The notes under the pieces were generated by a model. That model was given only the letters and a program-made list of their open reading frames with translations. It did not search any database and was not told the origin of the DNA. 64,000 nt of DNA, from the NCBI GenBank assembly GCA_951406725.2, contig OX597814.1, forward strand, positions 82,398,001 to 82,462,000, read 5' to 3'. The translations under genes were made by a program, and so were the position numbers. Below are positions 12,701-25,800 of the stretch, one piece after another (position 1 is the stretch's first letter; every line of letters starts with the position of its first letter). The DNA is from Octopus vulgaris (lineage: Eukaryota).

Positions 12701-13744
12701 GTTGTGAGAGCAGAGTTGTATATGTTGACCGAAATGTCGAGAAAGGTGACAGAAGTGTTGGAAATGGTGCAGAAGAATTCGAGGGCAGGATGGAAGGAAT
12801 CTAGTTGTTCGCTGGAGAGCAAGATTGCACCTATACAGTCATCAATATAATGACCGTATAGTTCAGGAGTGGGGCCAGTGAATCTTGAAAATATTTGGGC
12901 CTCAGCATAGCCAACAAACAAGTTCGTATAGCTGGAGCCAATTCTCATTCTCATTGCCACTCCCAAGACCTGCTGGTAAAATCCCCTCATGAGCGAGAAG
13001 CAGTTGAGGGAGAGAACAAGTTCAGCCAGATGATGAAGTGTGGACATGTCAGGTTGGGGGTTGAGTTGAAGGTCTAGGAAATGTTTGAGGGCAAGAAATC
13101 CTTCTGATGTGGGATCACTGTATATAGACGCTTGGCATCAAGAGTGAAGAGAAGTTTAGAGGGGCCAGGAGGGAAATGTATATAATTATGTGTGTCTGTA
13201 TTTGTCCGAAAGACATCGCTTGACAACCAATGCTGGTGTATTTATGTCCCTGTAACTTAACTTAGCAAGCAAAAGAGACCAATAGAATAAGTACTAGGCT
13301 TACAAAGAATGACCTGTTGTCAATTTCTTCGATTAAAACCCTTCAAGGCAGTGCTGCTCCAGCATGGCCACAGTCAGATAACTGAAATAAGTAAAAGAAT
13401 AAATGAATATATATATATAAAGAAGTGTACCTTTTCATATGTTTACTATATATATTGGGATAAAATGAAAGCGGTTTTTGACTAAACTGCACCTGAGTTG
13501 AAATGCCTCGTTTTAGGTTAATCAAAGCTGCTATCTTTTTATATTACCAGATTAGTTTCAAATGAAGATTGTCTTATTTTTATAGCATTGTTTTCATGAA
13601 AAATAAAATATCATGTTTAATTTTATCATTAATTGCCTTATCAATGTCTAATCTTCCCACTGAAAAATCTAATTTTTTTTTTCTTCAACACAGGGCAAGA
13701 TTGTGGAATGTGTACTATGTGGTTGCCGGGGATGTTCTGGATGA
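6741..13744 (+). CDS. BUD31: Protein BUD31 homolog (G10 splicing factor), 144 aa, 4 coding exons
   Basis: Exons 6741-6834, 10267-10389, 10820-10986 and 13694-13744 (435 nt) give [65 protein letters not shown]...[49 protein letters not shown]. Intron 2 is GC-AG. Confidence 0.98.
7116..7187. mobile_element. Mini inverted-repeat element (same family as 28922-29012)
   Basis: GGCGAATGTAAAGAATAC...GTATTCTTTACCTCCGC inverted termini with internal GTTAGGGTT. Confidence 0.6.
7860..8186. repeat. Diverged ~157-bp tandem duplication
   Basis: GAAAATTCAC...TAACTTTCAG...GGGTGGGGAGAGGA occurs twice (units start ~7872 and ~8029). Confidence 0.7.
8187..8350. mobile_element. MITE with 16-bp perfect TIR
   Basis: CGGATCTTTTCGGTTT at 8187 and AAACCGAAAAGATCCG ending at 8350, with GAGTTT on both flanks. 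Confidence 0.65.
9105..9321 (+). mobile_element. Mariner-derived MITE
   Basis: TA-flanked TIRs CAAGGAGGTGCTGAAAAGTTCCT / AGGAACTTTTCAGCACCCCCTCG. Internal [21 protein letters not shown] resembles a mariner transposase C-terminus. Confidence 0.85.
11622..11830 (+). mobile_element. 3' fragment of an RLE-type non-LTR retrotransposon (HERO-like)
   Basis: [25 protein letters not shown]...IQEAIE...SFYMWLK matches the recalled end of the restriction-like endonuclease domain (EC...GW...EVG.RGF...AE.AS.W.W). Confidence 0.65.
12330..13175 (-). mobile_element. Penelope-like element RT fragment
   Basis: ORF 12595-13047: YQQVLGVAM...SYTNLFVG..E...YIDDCIG...HPALEF...FLDISV...YKNTDSHSY, typical PLE RT motifs. 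Degraded; no GIY-YIG domain seen. Confidence 0.85.
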
Positions 13745-16116
13745 TTCTATTTACAATTGAAAAATAACACAGTTTTAGTAGATGATCTAAATGTGACTGG
13801 ACAACAGATTTCTCCATCCTTCTTAAATATATTTTCATCAACACATTTTTCAACTTAAACTTCAATGTCTTCATTGGATTTTGGCATTTTGTTATAAATT
13901 CTAAAACATTTTAAGGAATTTTTTATAAAACCAAAAGGATCAACTCATTATGTATGATTATGTATGCAAGAGGATAAAATTATGTATCTTGAGATTGTCA
14001 ATATCTTACATCTAAAATTCATGGGGTCTTTCTAAATTCTTGAATTTTCTTCTCTTCTAGCTCATACAATACATGATTTTTTTTTTTTCCAAAGAAGCTG
14101 GTTGAAGTGCTCTTGGTTATAATATTTAAATAAAGATAGTATTAGACTAGTAAATTCAATATCCACTAGCAAATATTTTATTTTAGTTTAAAATGTTCTT
14201 TCACTCTTAAGTTATTTTGTGAGCCAAAAAATTAGACTTGTCATGTATGGTAGAATTATAAGTTGAGAATATTAAAATTTTTACTTTGGTTATTTAATAT
14301 CCAGATTGTAAAAAAAAACAGTGAAAATTTCTCAGTCAATATATGTTAGGTGCAAAATCATAATCTGCTGAATGAAAACAGTTATAAATCCTTCACTCTT
14401 TTTCTCCTGTCTGCTCATCTGGAAAGCTACATGATATTTACACACTTTTTACAACTTCAATGCCATTACAGTAGATGAAAAAAAAAAAGATGACATTAAA
14501 CTTGAATCCTAGATTGAAGGTAGCAAATCAGCAGAGTCACTAGAATGTTAGGTAGAATGTCTAGCAGTGTTCATTCCAAATCTCTGCACACTGAGTTCAA
14601 ATCCTACTGAGGCCAACTTTGCATTTCAAAGTTGATAAAAATGAACCAGTCTGGACAGTGCATTAGTGGATTGGTGAAACAGTTAGTTGTTGAGCAAGAT
14701 ACAGATCTTTTCTATTTGGCTGCCACTTTGCAATTTCTTCAATTTTTGGTCCAATTGATTTCATATTTGGTGTATTGCTCTAGTTTTGTAAAGGAATAAT
14801 TGTCATGAAATTCATTTTCACCATAAATCAATAAATAAAGAGTTAATAGCTTTTAAAGTTTGCAAACTTTGAGTAATTTTAGCCAGTCGAAAACCACAGA
14901 TGTAATAGGTGCCTGTTTCCATAGTAACAAACCACACTGCTTACCATGTGTTCTTTTTGTCACTTATTAAATGCTTATAACACATATGGTATAAGGTGTG
15001 CTAAAAAGGCCTTAAATTACACACTTTTTTTTTTTGGCAAGGTTGGGGTGGTTGCATAATCATATGAATTCCTGTGTGTAGAATACAAATTTGCAAAAAT
15101 TCTCTGAAAATTCCAAAAAATAAAAATGCTATGAGGGATTATATGATGTGTGTAAAGCAGAATTCCACCAATATTTTATTTGTTCACAGTTGACAATATG
15201 TGCAGTCATGCACACAATGACAGTCACCAAATCCTGTTTTCTAACACGATAAAAATTATCAAACTTTAAACCTCTTTAGATTTAAAAAAAAAATTTTCTG
15301 GAAAAAGTGAATTATCTCTTGAGATTCAGCATGGAAAATTACATCAATGGGCCAAATTATAAAATTTTTACTAAGCTTCAAAATTTCCACAGATCTTGTT
15401 TCAGCTGTTCACATTCTGACAGTAATACCTACAACAACACTGATCCCAAGCTGTATTGGCCCAAGTCTGTAACCTTTCACTTGGATAAACATTAGTATTG
15501 TGGAGCTGGTAAACCTGCATGCATTGACAACTACCAATCTTCTTCCAGAAGTCTTGCCCAACTCTGTGCATACATGTACTGATGTATTGTTAACCCTTGC
15601 CAATGGAGGCCCTATTGTATATTTATTCAGTATATTTTCACAATAAATCCTATCAGCTTTAGACTTTTGCCAAAGTTCATCTGCAGGTTATTAGAAGATA
15701 AATATCCTCTCCTTTTTTGTTAAGTCACAGTTATGATCCCAGAAAAAAAATATTTAAAAATAGACATTCTGAAAGAGAATCAGAATGTTTTTTAAAGAGT
15801 TAGATATTCAAATAGATGAGAAACTTTCTATTCATCCAAGTTCCTAGTTAACAGGATAACCAAATCTTAGTAATCAGAACTAATGCCAGCAAAAAGTTTG
15901 CTTTTAGTTTTATGCACAATTTCAACACTGATAATATCATTGGTTTCCCTAAATTAAACACCAAATCTGGCTTTATTAAGTAAAACTGGTTGGTAATTTT
16001 CTGTGCTATTTTAGCATTATAATAATTTGAATACAACAATATTTATTGTAGGCACAAACTTACATCAGATATTAATTACAAGTGAAGTGTCAAATACAAG
16101 TTTCTTTGCTAGCCAC

Positions 16117-16328
16117 TTCATCCTTTCATTACCAACCTAGCTGAAACCAGCTCTGTGTACAAATGTCTTGTTTTTCATAAGTTTTGAATTAAAATCTTTC
16201 ACCAAACCTTAGTCACAATTTATGTTCCTAACACTAGCTGAATGATATGTTATTTTACTAAATTCTTTGTTATATTTAAAGTAATTGAAGAAACAGAGCA
16301 TCTCAAAATACTGTAAAGAAAGGGTTAA
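16117..16328. mobile_element. piggyBac-like (TTAA) MITE, family A
   Basis: Ends in AAAGGG-TTAA; homologous to 50342-50536. Confidence 0.55.
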
Positions 16329-19324
16329 TAGATCCTTATCAATAACTTTTTAAGTTATTTCCTATTTTTCATTCCTTCATGAGTACTAGATCACCACCAA
16401 CAGTACATGAAATCTTGTTGGCCCTTGAGTCTTTTTTTGTAACTTTCTGCAGGTTAAAAATAATAAAGTATGTGTGTATGTATGAGAGAATGTGACAAAT
16501 ATAAGTAGATATACATAATACAAAAATATACAAAATCTTGCTGTAAAAATAAGAACTAATGTAACCACATTTGCTTTTTATCTTCATCACAGAAGCTTTT
16601 AAAAACTAGGTGTATCTACATCATAGTTGTCTCTGTTACACTGTAACGTGATTTTTGCCCTTGGGTAGCAACTGTTATTACCTATTTTCTTACCCTTAGA
16701 AAGTATGAAAACTGGCTAAAATTTCCTTCAAACTTTACTTTTGTTACATTTATTCAAACCCCAAGGAATCCTTCTCAACACATGGCTATGATACTCTCCC
16801 CACTACTCCTGTTCAGAGATGCACATATTGTCAGCCACTAAGGGACATGTTCAAGTGGTTATGGTCAAGCAACTGACAAGCAAATCGGTGGTAGTGAGCA
16901 GAATGTTTGCTATAACGATATTTCTGTTTCAGCAACTCAGTGCCGATCTGTTTGAAATGTAATGGAAAATAGGTCAGTTTCGAAACATTGATGTCTAAGT
17001 CACAAAAGCAAAGGTTGAAGGGAATAGTAATAATTTCTTTTGATTTCTAGATAGAAGCAAATAGGAAATAACACTTACTGACCAAAAATAACAATTTTGT
17101 CACACTGTGTTATGTATATCATATATATAGCTCATGAAGTTTATCAAAGAACTTGCATTGCAGATTTGACTGCCAGAAACTTATCACTATTGTACAGAAG
17201 TGTAATATACAAATATATTAAATGTAAAAATTTTCTTGATATGACTTTCTATTGTTTAACATGCATTTTGCTTCCTGGCTTAATTTGTTTCTTGTCATGA
17301 ATTAAACAGAAAGTTTCAGAGAATACATAAAATCCACTCAGATTATTGATTTATTTTAGTAGCAGAAAGGTTTTATAACAGATTTATATATAAGTATTTA
17401 TGACATGCACTTTTGCTAATTTTCCTACTTCTTATTCTTCATGCATACACATAATCACATATTAAAACACACACACAAATATCAATATATTCATGTATAT
17501 CATAAACATCATCATTATTGTCATTTTAATGGCCACTTTTCCATGCTTGCATGGATCAGATGGAGTTAACTGAGGCAGAGTTTCTAGGGCCAGATGCTAA
17601 CCTGCTTCCAAGTAAGGTAAATACTTTGACTTATTTTCACTGAATATTGGAAATGAATTCCATTCATTTACATCAATCACTCAATATCAAGACAAGGAGA
17701 AAAAACACACACACACGTACACACAACAAGCTTCTTTCAGTTTCCACTCAACCAAAGATGTACACCCACATACAGCTAAATATATTCATAAAGGTGCATT
17801 CAGGTTGTGAGACAGGCACACTTGCATAATGTTTCCTCCAGATGTTCAGGTTGAGCATTCACTGCATCAGTCTTAGTGCTGTCTGGAAGGGACTGAAAAT
17901 AGTCATAATGTTTCCTTTTCTGCTTAACTTATAAAATTATTCATATTTAAGAATTACATACACTCTCCTAAACACACACACACATGCTTGATAGTACATG
18001 TTCCTTTAGTAAGAATACAATGCATTCTTAAATATATACGTCACTGAAAAAGGCTTAAAGTTATGCATCCTCAAATAAAACTTGGAGTTTAAAAAGAAGT
18101 ATGTTAAGCATTGTAAAAGAATAAAGGAATCAAAAGTAGAAATTAAAGACTTAAGTTTGAATAAATGGAAAATTTTTCATCCAAGCTCCTAATTCACAAG
18201 ACAAGTTAGTTTTGAATTCAATCTGGTTCATATTACAAAGTCGATTAAACACTTCAGAAATTAGGAGTATAGAAGAGTGGACTTGAATCATGATATGTAA
18301 GTGAATGTGCCTGTACTGGTTGTGGAGATGGAAGTCAAGATCTTGGTATTGTACATTCAGTTCAAATACAAGTACAGTACATTATTTATACTTCTTAATG
18401 AGTTTGGTACACTAGATCTATTGTGATAACTGTCACTTGTAAATCACAAACTATGAATTGTTCATGGTATGTTTGTAGATTTTTAGATTACATAATTTGT
18501 ACTAGAGTTGTTATTTGATAGTGTACAAGAGATGGGAGTAAAAAGCTCTAAGAACCAGCTCTCTTTTTGGCACAAAACTTTTATTTGCTATCTGAAAGAC
18601 AGTATATAATAAGAAAATGTGTCATGATAGTAAAACAACAATATTAAATGCAAAGATCACATAGAAACTGATTGAATATTGTCCATTGGATGTACAGTGT
18701 TAACTTTCAACAAAACGATGCATAACTGAGTGGTCAGCACTGATTGAGAAGATCCATTATCAAAGATATTCATGTCATGACCGTCCATCAAGGTGTTTTT
18801 TTCTTTTTTTTTAAACAGTAGGATTTCATTTGCGAGAGAAGATTTGGCTGTTATTTTCATCAAGTTAAACAAGTGAGCATCAGCAGTTTTAGCTGATACA
18901 TGCAGGGAAGACAACCACATTGGTTTGGAATTATTATACAAAAGAATACCTTTTGGGAGATGTAATTAGGATTGATTAGAGAATATTGAGTCTTATAAGT
19001 GATACAAGACAAATTCATTGCTGAACCTAACCTCATTCATGTATGGAAAATGGGTTGATATCACCCTACAAATATTCAAATTGAACATTATAACTATTTG
19101 AAACAAAATATGTATACTATAATATAGGTTTGATAGAGCAAACAGGAGAAATAGAAGTAAATGCATAAGTATATATATTTTTATTTTTAATTGGTTGTAA
19201 GTTACATAAGTGACTCAAGAGCCAAGAGTTTTGTGTATAGTACTTACCTATACAGTATACTTTCTGGCTCACCCTTATACTATATTCTAAATACAGCTTG
19301 AATCATAGGTCATTCAGTCCTTGT

Positions 19325-20780
19325 CTGGAAATCACAACTCTTTAGACAATGCCAAGAAGCATTAATGCTACCAGAAAATGTACTGGTTCTTTTCACACTT
19401 ACGTCTTCTACATATTTTTGTCATCCCTGCAGTCACCATACCAAAACAAGAACTGTAAGTCCAGTGGAAATAACTATAAACCCACAATATCCTGTCTACT
19501 CAGGAAATGCTGTGCTCTGTTGTCATCACATCCCACACATACATTTTATGTGTTGTCCCTGTCTATCCTGGTTTTTAAAAATGGGAATAACTTACTCCCA
19601 GTGAATTACTGTCTGATCTCACTAAACTTTAATATTTTTGAAGTATTTGAGAGGCGGGTGAATTTTAAAATAACTGCCCTCCTAGGGAAAAATCATTTTG
19701 TTTTTGTGGTGACTGAGACTGCCTAACACAGTTTCTGCACCACTTTGATGATATTCTAAATGTTCTGGGTGAAGGCTCCAATAAAGATGTCATTTAATTT
19801 GACTTCAGTAAAGCTTTTGACAGAATCCATCACAGCATTCTGCTGAAGAAATTATTGAATATTGGAGTCCATGGTAAGCTACCACATTGGATTAAGTGTT
19901 TTTTGACTAGCAGAATCCAGCATATTGTGATTAGCAGTATTTAATCAAGACCATTTTAAGTCATTAGTAATATCCTCCAGGGTACTGCATTGAGCCCACT
20001 TACATTTATAGTTTTTACATAAATGACATTGCAAATGTCATCAAACATATTAAAAAAAAAAAAATATTTGCAGATGACTTTAAACTCCAAAACGTCATCA
20101 AGACTGAACAGAATTCCAATGCAATCTCTGCATAGTGATTTGAGGGGTGGAAAAAACAAAACAAAAAAAAGCATGCTTCTAAATGAGGGAAGTTTTGAGC
20201 TCATTCACTTTGTAAAACAGAATATACTTAAACAACCATACTATCTTCCCTTGAGACAACGTCTCAGATAATATCAGAGATGTAACTGTGGAAAACAACC
20301 TAAGCTGGATTGCACGCATTAGCAATAAAGTCAATATGGCTTGCAGAATGTCTCCAAGAATCCTTGGAACTTTCCAGTCCAGAGATGCTGATACCATCAT
20401 GCTTTACTTCTCTATATTTTCAGGCCTCACCTTGAATACTGTTGCCTTCAACAGTTTCCCTGCACAAAACAAATCATTATGAGAATTGAAGCATCTCAGA
20501 GATCAACCAGAAAAAAGTATGAATGGCATGACAGGCCTTGATTATCAGAGTCATCTTGAAAAGCTCGAACTTTATTGTCTCCAAGGCCATGGTAGGTTCT
20601 GCATCATTTGCATATTATGGCACTCACTTTTTGACCTTCTGGGGGTCCAAGAGAGGGTGCCACTGAGCCGATAATTGTGTATTTACACTTTTACAAAAAA
20701 ATTAGAATTTTTTTCTCTGCAATAAACTGCAGAGAAATTGCCCTTAAAAGTTAAAATATGTCACAAACATATTTGAGCAA
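19325..20780 (+). mobile_element. Heavily decayed CR1-group LINE RT fragment
   Basis: Remnants FDFSKAFDRIHHSILLKKLLNIGVHGKLPHWIKCFLTSRIQHIV (~19800-19930), QGTALSPL and YLQMT (FADD frame) with many lesions. Confidence 0.75.
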
Positions 20781-20814
20781 AACTAACAAACACACATACA
20801 CATATATATATAAA

Positions 20815-21135
20815 GGCCCCCTTTGGTCATGAATGACCATGGGATTGCACCTAGAGAGTTACCCTCTGAGGCACAAGTCCAGGCAAGGTTGTTTATGGAA
20901 GACCAGCAGTCACCCATGCATACCCCCCCCTTCTCCATGCTACCAATGTTATCCAAGAGAATGGTGAAGGCTGATACAGCTTGGCACCAGTGACGTCATG
21001 ACTCATTTCTACAGGTAAGTGAACTGGTGCAACATGAAATAAAGTGTCTTGCTCAAGAATACAGCTCACAGCCTGTCCAGGAATCAAACTCACTACCTCA
21101 TGATTGTGAGCTTAACCACTGTGCCATGTACCTTC
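20815..21135 (-). mobile_element. tRNA-derived SINE (same family as 54625-54952)
   Basis: Reverse complement aligns by eye with 54625-54952 (A/B-box head, CTTGAGCAAGACACTTTATTTC core). Confidence 0.75.
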
Positions 21136-23552
21136 ATATATATATATATATATGTACTTGATTTTTAATGTACAAAATTTTTGTATTTTTTTTAATTCCA
21201 GAGAAACTTGAAATTATAGAGCTAGTGGACAAGAAATGTCAAAATAAAACAAATGCTAAAAATAGCATGCCAAAATAATATTACACAACAGTAAATAAGA
21301 ACAATAGCTGAACACAAAAGAATAAATCAACTTCAGTATTTACAAAATGAGCATTAACTGAAAGAAAACAGTTCTCAGCAATGTGAAACTTGAGTTGTGA
21401 GAAAAGGAAATTAATTCTAAATGAATAATATCCTCTATAACCTGTAATGAGTCACTGTCTAGCAAGAGCTAAAAGGTTGTTAAGAGAACAGTGCTTTAAA
21501 TATAAGCTGTTTTTCAATTTAGCAAACTCAAGGACCATGTCGGTTGGCACAAACTCTAGCTGTGACATTGTACCGAGGAGTAGCTATCTTCCTGTTCTTC
21601 ACTAGAATTTTTGTAACAGATTCTGACTCCAAATTTTCAGTCCACTCACAGTAAAATCATGGTATTGTCACCAACTTGTGTTTGTAATATTTAGATTTTT
21701 ATCTACCTTAGAAACAAGCAAGTTGCTTTCTTTAGTACCTTCCAGCTTTTCTCAATAAGTCAGAAGTGTTAACTTGATTCTTCTTGGCTTTATTCTCATT
21801 ACTCATTCTGTTAGCTTCAAATATAAAAACAGATAGTGAGAGGTCAGTTAGAGAGTTGCTACCTACATTTGGACTGAGATGCACATCCGTACATGAGAGC
21901 AAACTATCTAGCTCTAGGCTATCAAGTGTATGGCTAATAGTGGCAGGCAATAAAATCACCACTATGACAACTGAGTTCTCTTGTTAGGTAACAATCTGGT
22001 CGATCTGTCACATGCACATACTATAAACATTTGTTGTAACTGTTCTTCAGTCAAGTATTTCAACATATGCTGCTAAACATACTCTAAACTTTCAAACTGA
22101 AGTTTTGTTTGGCAAATGGTAATAATAACCAATAATGGTTCAGGAAATATATAAAAAAATAATGTAATGTCTGGAAATAAATATGTTTTATATAACAGAA
22201 TTGTTAATTTCTTTTACACTGAACTTCATTTTCACCAGCCTCTGCTCAACAACAGGTGACACCCACAGAAAGTTGATATTATATCAAGTTCCAATTATTC
22301 CCATGCAAAAAAGGGGTTATGTAAGCACAGCCAGAGATGGAAAAGGACCCCAGTGTATGCAACAGGTTAGAGAAGATTCCAAAGCATATAGACAAACACA
22401 GAAGACTTGTTGCTATTTGACCTGAGCTTAAAAGAATTGCTTAGTCATCACTGCACTTTTCCAAGCATGTACCACGAACATAATACCCTTACCTCTTGCC
22501 ATACAAATAAGTAGCCAACCAATTCTTGGTCAAAACAAATCAAAGGTGAACTTAGAATGCTTGGAGAACAAGCCTTTTAAATAGATAAGTTTCCTTGGTT
22601 TCAGTTTAGCCCTGGGTAAAAAGAATCTTCGACTATGATGGACCGAGCATCATTCTCATCTCTCATGCAAAGTTAATCTTTTCTGTTATTAATGTAACTA
22701 TGAACTACATTTGCTTCTAGCACATTACTGTACGCTACTGGCAAGCAACTATGTAAAAATGTAAATATCATAATATACTTCTGTAAAACTAAATCTTATT
22801 TAGACAACTTTGGATTTGGTATTATTTGGGGACAACATGCAGCCTAACATCATACCAGCATATCTAGACCCATTTAAACAAAAGTCACAATGGTGACCCA
22901 CAACATTCAACTTATACAAACCATTTCTTCAATGACAACACTCAACCAACAATCTTTCATAGGATCTTTGTCTTGCAAAGTGCATGATGACAACCTCACT
23001 ATTGCTGGTGCCATGAAAAAAGCACCCAGTACACACTATAAAGTAGTTGGCATTAAGAAGGTCATCTAGCCATTGAAAACATGCCAATGCAGACTTTGGA
23101 GCCTGATACAGACTTCAGACCCATTGGATCCTGTCAAATCATAACCATCCAACCCATACCAGCATGGTACATTGACATCAGAGAATGATGATCACAATGC
23201 TATATGTATGCATGTGTGCATATAACAAATGCAAAAACTAATTTCTGTGTGTCAGTGTATCACACTTAGACCCCTTCCCCATTTCACTATCAATGACCCT
23301 CATATTATTCCTCATGGTGAGGTGAGAGTAATAGTAGGCATAGAGATGGTGAAGGTGGTGACGAAGACAGTGCGAGAGAGAGAAAGAGAGATAAAGAAAT
23401 TTAGGGAGAGTTGATGATGTTTTATTAAAAGTAGTTGTACTTATGGTGGCAGAGGGAATAGCGACAAAGAGAGAGAAAGAGGGGCTGAACACTGAAGTAA
23501 CATGCTGAATAGCATACTGAACAAATACACATCGCACCCAACCTACTAAAAC

Positions 23553-25800
23553 ACATGACCATGTCGACAAAAATCGAACTACTCACCATTCTCAACAGTA
23601 GTTGGATGGAGAGATGGTGCCCTCAGTCATGGCGAACAGCAACCGTCATTCTCTTCCTCAAAAAAGGGGAAAGATCCCGCAGACGTACGGAGTTATTGAC
23701 CAATCGCACTAACCTCAACTGTGGGGAAACTTCTTGAAAGAATGATCACTAACCGGCTTGCCTGGTGGCTTGAAGAAGACTCAATCCTCAGTCCCTGGCA
23801 GGCTGGCTTCCGGAAAGGTCGCAGTACAACAGATCAGTGCTTTTGATTGTCCCAATTCATCACAGACGGGTTCCAATCGTCGCAGTGCCTTCGCACCACT
23901 GCTACATTCTTTGATTTCAGCAAGGCGTATGATCGTGTCTGGAGAACCGGACTACTGCAAAATATGCTGAGGTTAGGTGTTCTCCTACATTTCGTCGACT
24001 GGCTCTTGACTTGGTTTACCAACCGTACGGCCAAAGTTCGCATCAATACCACTACCAGTACAAGTCAAGTCTTGAAAGAGGGCCTACCGCAAGGTGCAGT
24101 CCTCTACCCACACTTTCTACCATCTACATCAATAGTCTCCTTGACCAATCCGATTAAAATACCCACGTCAGTACCTATGCAGATGACTTGGCGATCACAT
24201 GCAGGGGTAAGAAGAAAGAAGACGTCGCAGTTGCTCTACAGAAAGAAGTAGACAAGGTGGCCTTGTGGAGTCAAAATGCAAGATTAACGTTAAACACTTC
24301 TAAGTGCGAGACCAGCTTCTTCAGCATAGACAGCGCGAAATCAAAGGGGAAACCGATAATCAACATCAACAGAACACCCCTAGCCCACAATCCTAACCCT
24401 AAATTCCTTGAGGTCACCTACGACCGACAACTCATCTTCGGCGAGCATGTCAATAACATGTCGTACGATGCAGGGGCGAAATAATCTGCTCCGTGCCCTA
24501 TCCGGCATAAGGCAGATCTCCATCAGGTCTACATTGCAACTCAATGTAGCCTAGCAAAATATGCAGCGCCAAACTTGAGAGAATGCAACTAGAGGTAGCT
24601 AGACTGATCACCAAACAAATACACTCGACTCCTACCGAAGCAGTCCTTGCAGAAGCCCAGTTACCAACACTTGCATCTCGCTTTTCTACCTTCTCACTCC
24701 TCAAAGCAGATGCATGGGCAAACCTACCACAAGACGATGAGAGTTATAAAGTTCTGAACACCTACACCCACAAACGACTCTAGTGGACAGACTGGATAAG
24801 TCAACAACTCCCAGCCTTAACACAACTGAACATTGTCTTCCCGTCCTCCCTTTCCAACGTAAGGTGTCCAACTCCGCCATGGGAAAATCCCACTTCCCTT
24901 ACTGCCGTCTACACTCCCGCCACGAAGCAGATGCCTGTTCATGTACAACTGCTGACAGCTCAACAAACACTTGCCAGCCTACCCAATTCCCCTGACGTCC
25001 TCCTTTATACTGATGGCTCGACTAGTGAAGGCACAACCAACGGCAGTGCCGATGTGGTGGTGCTGATACACAATGCGGTAGTCCACGAGTGGCATGCCCC
25101 GACTGGTGCTCACAGCAGCTCATTCACACCGAGATAGCAGCATTTAACGAAGCCCTCCGATGGCTACAAGCCAATAACAACTGGGCCTCAGCAGCTATAG
25201 TCTGTCATTGCAAATCATTGGTTGAAGACAACCCGTTCCCCACAGAACTGACAATTAGAGAATTGCAACAAACAACTGCCCTAGTAGCAGCTGGCAAGAT
25301 TTTGATGGTGATCTGGGTGCCGGGCCATTGCAACCTCTGCGGCAATGAACTTGCAGATATGCAGGCGAAACGTGGATCGGCACTGCTACAACCGGATGCC
25401 GCCATCAATACAGCCATTTGTCAGGCGGTTATTCGTCGAACATTCCAGCCAATGCCAATTCAACACCCCCGTCTGAAGGAAATCTTCACGAAGAAGCCGG
25501 ATGAAAGAATCAAAGCAGCCCTCTCGAAGGCAAACTGCACAGACATGATACGCTTCTGTAGTGGTCATCATCCGGCACTCAGGTGGTGGCAAAAGATGGC
25601 AGGTCACAGCGACGCAGATCAATGCAGACTCTGTAACGAGGAGGTAGAATCTGCAGAAAGATCTCTGGCCCTGATGGTGGAACGATATATCCACCAACTA
25701 GGGGCTACAATGGTTGAGATGATTCGTCTCCCTTCCGCGGCTCTAGCGTTTCTGAGAGTTATCCTCAGGCGCTTGAGGTGACCACCAACAACAACAACAG
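23553..25800 (+). mobile_element. 5'-truncated I-group LINE (Ingi/Nimb-like): RT, RNase H, degenerate CCHC
   Basis: FFDFSKAYDRVWR, EGLPQGAVL and YADD (~24175); RNase H DVLLYTDGS and WVPGHCNLCGNELAD; CRLCNEEVES; stop at 25781 directly followed by a (CAA)n tail; several frameshifts. Confidence 0.88.

Noticed and set aside
15409-21962. ORFs 15409-15603, 18657-18941 and 21732-21962 as exons of an intact gene
   Set aside because: The FN3-like motifs shift between frames and are broken by stops, so they are treated as pseudogene remnants.
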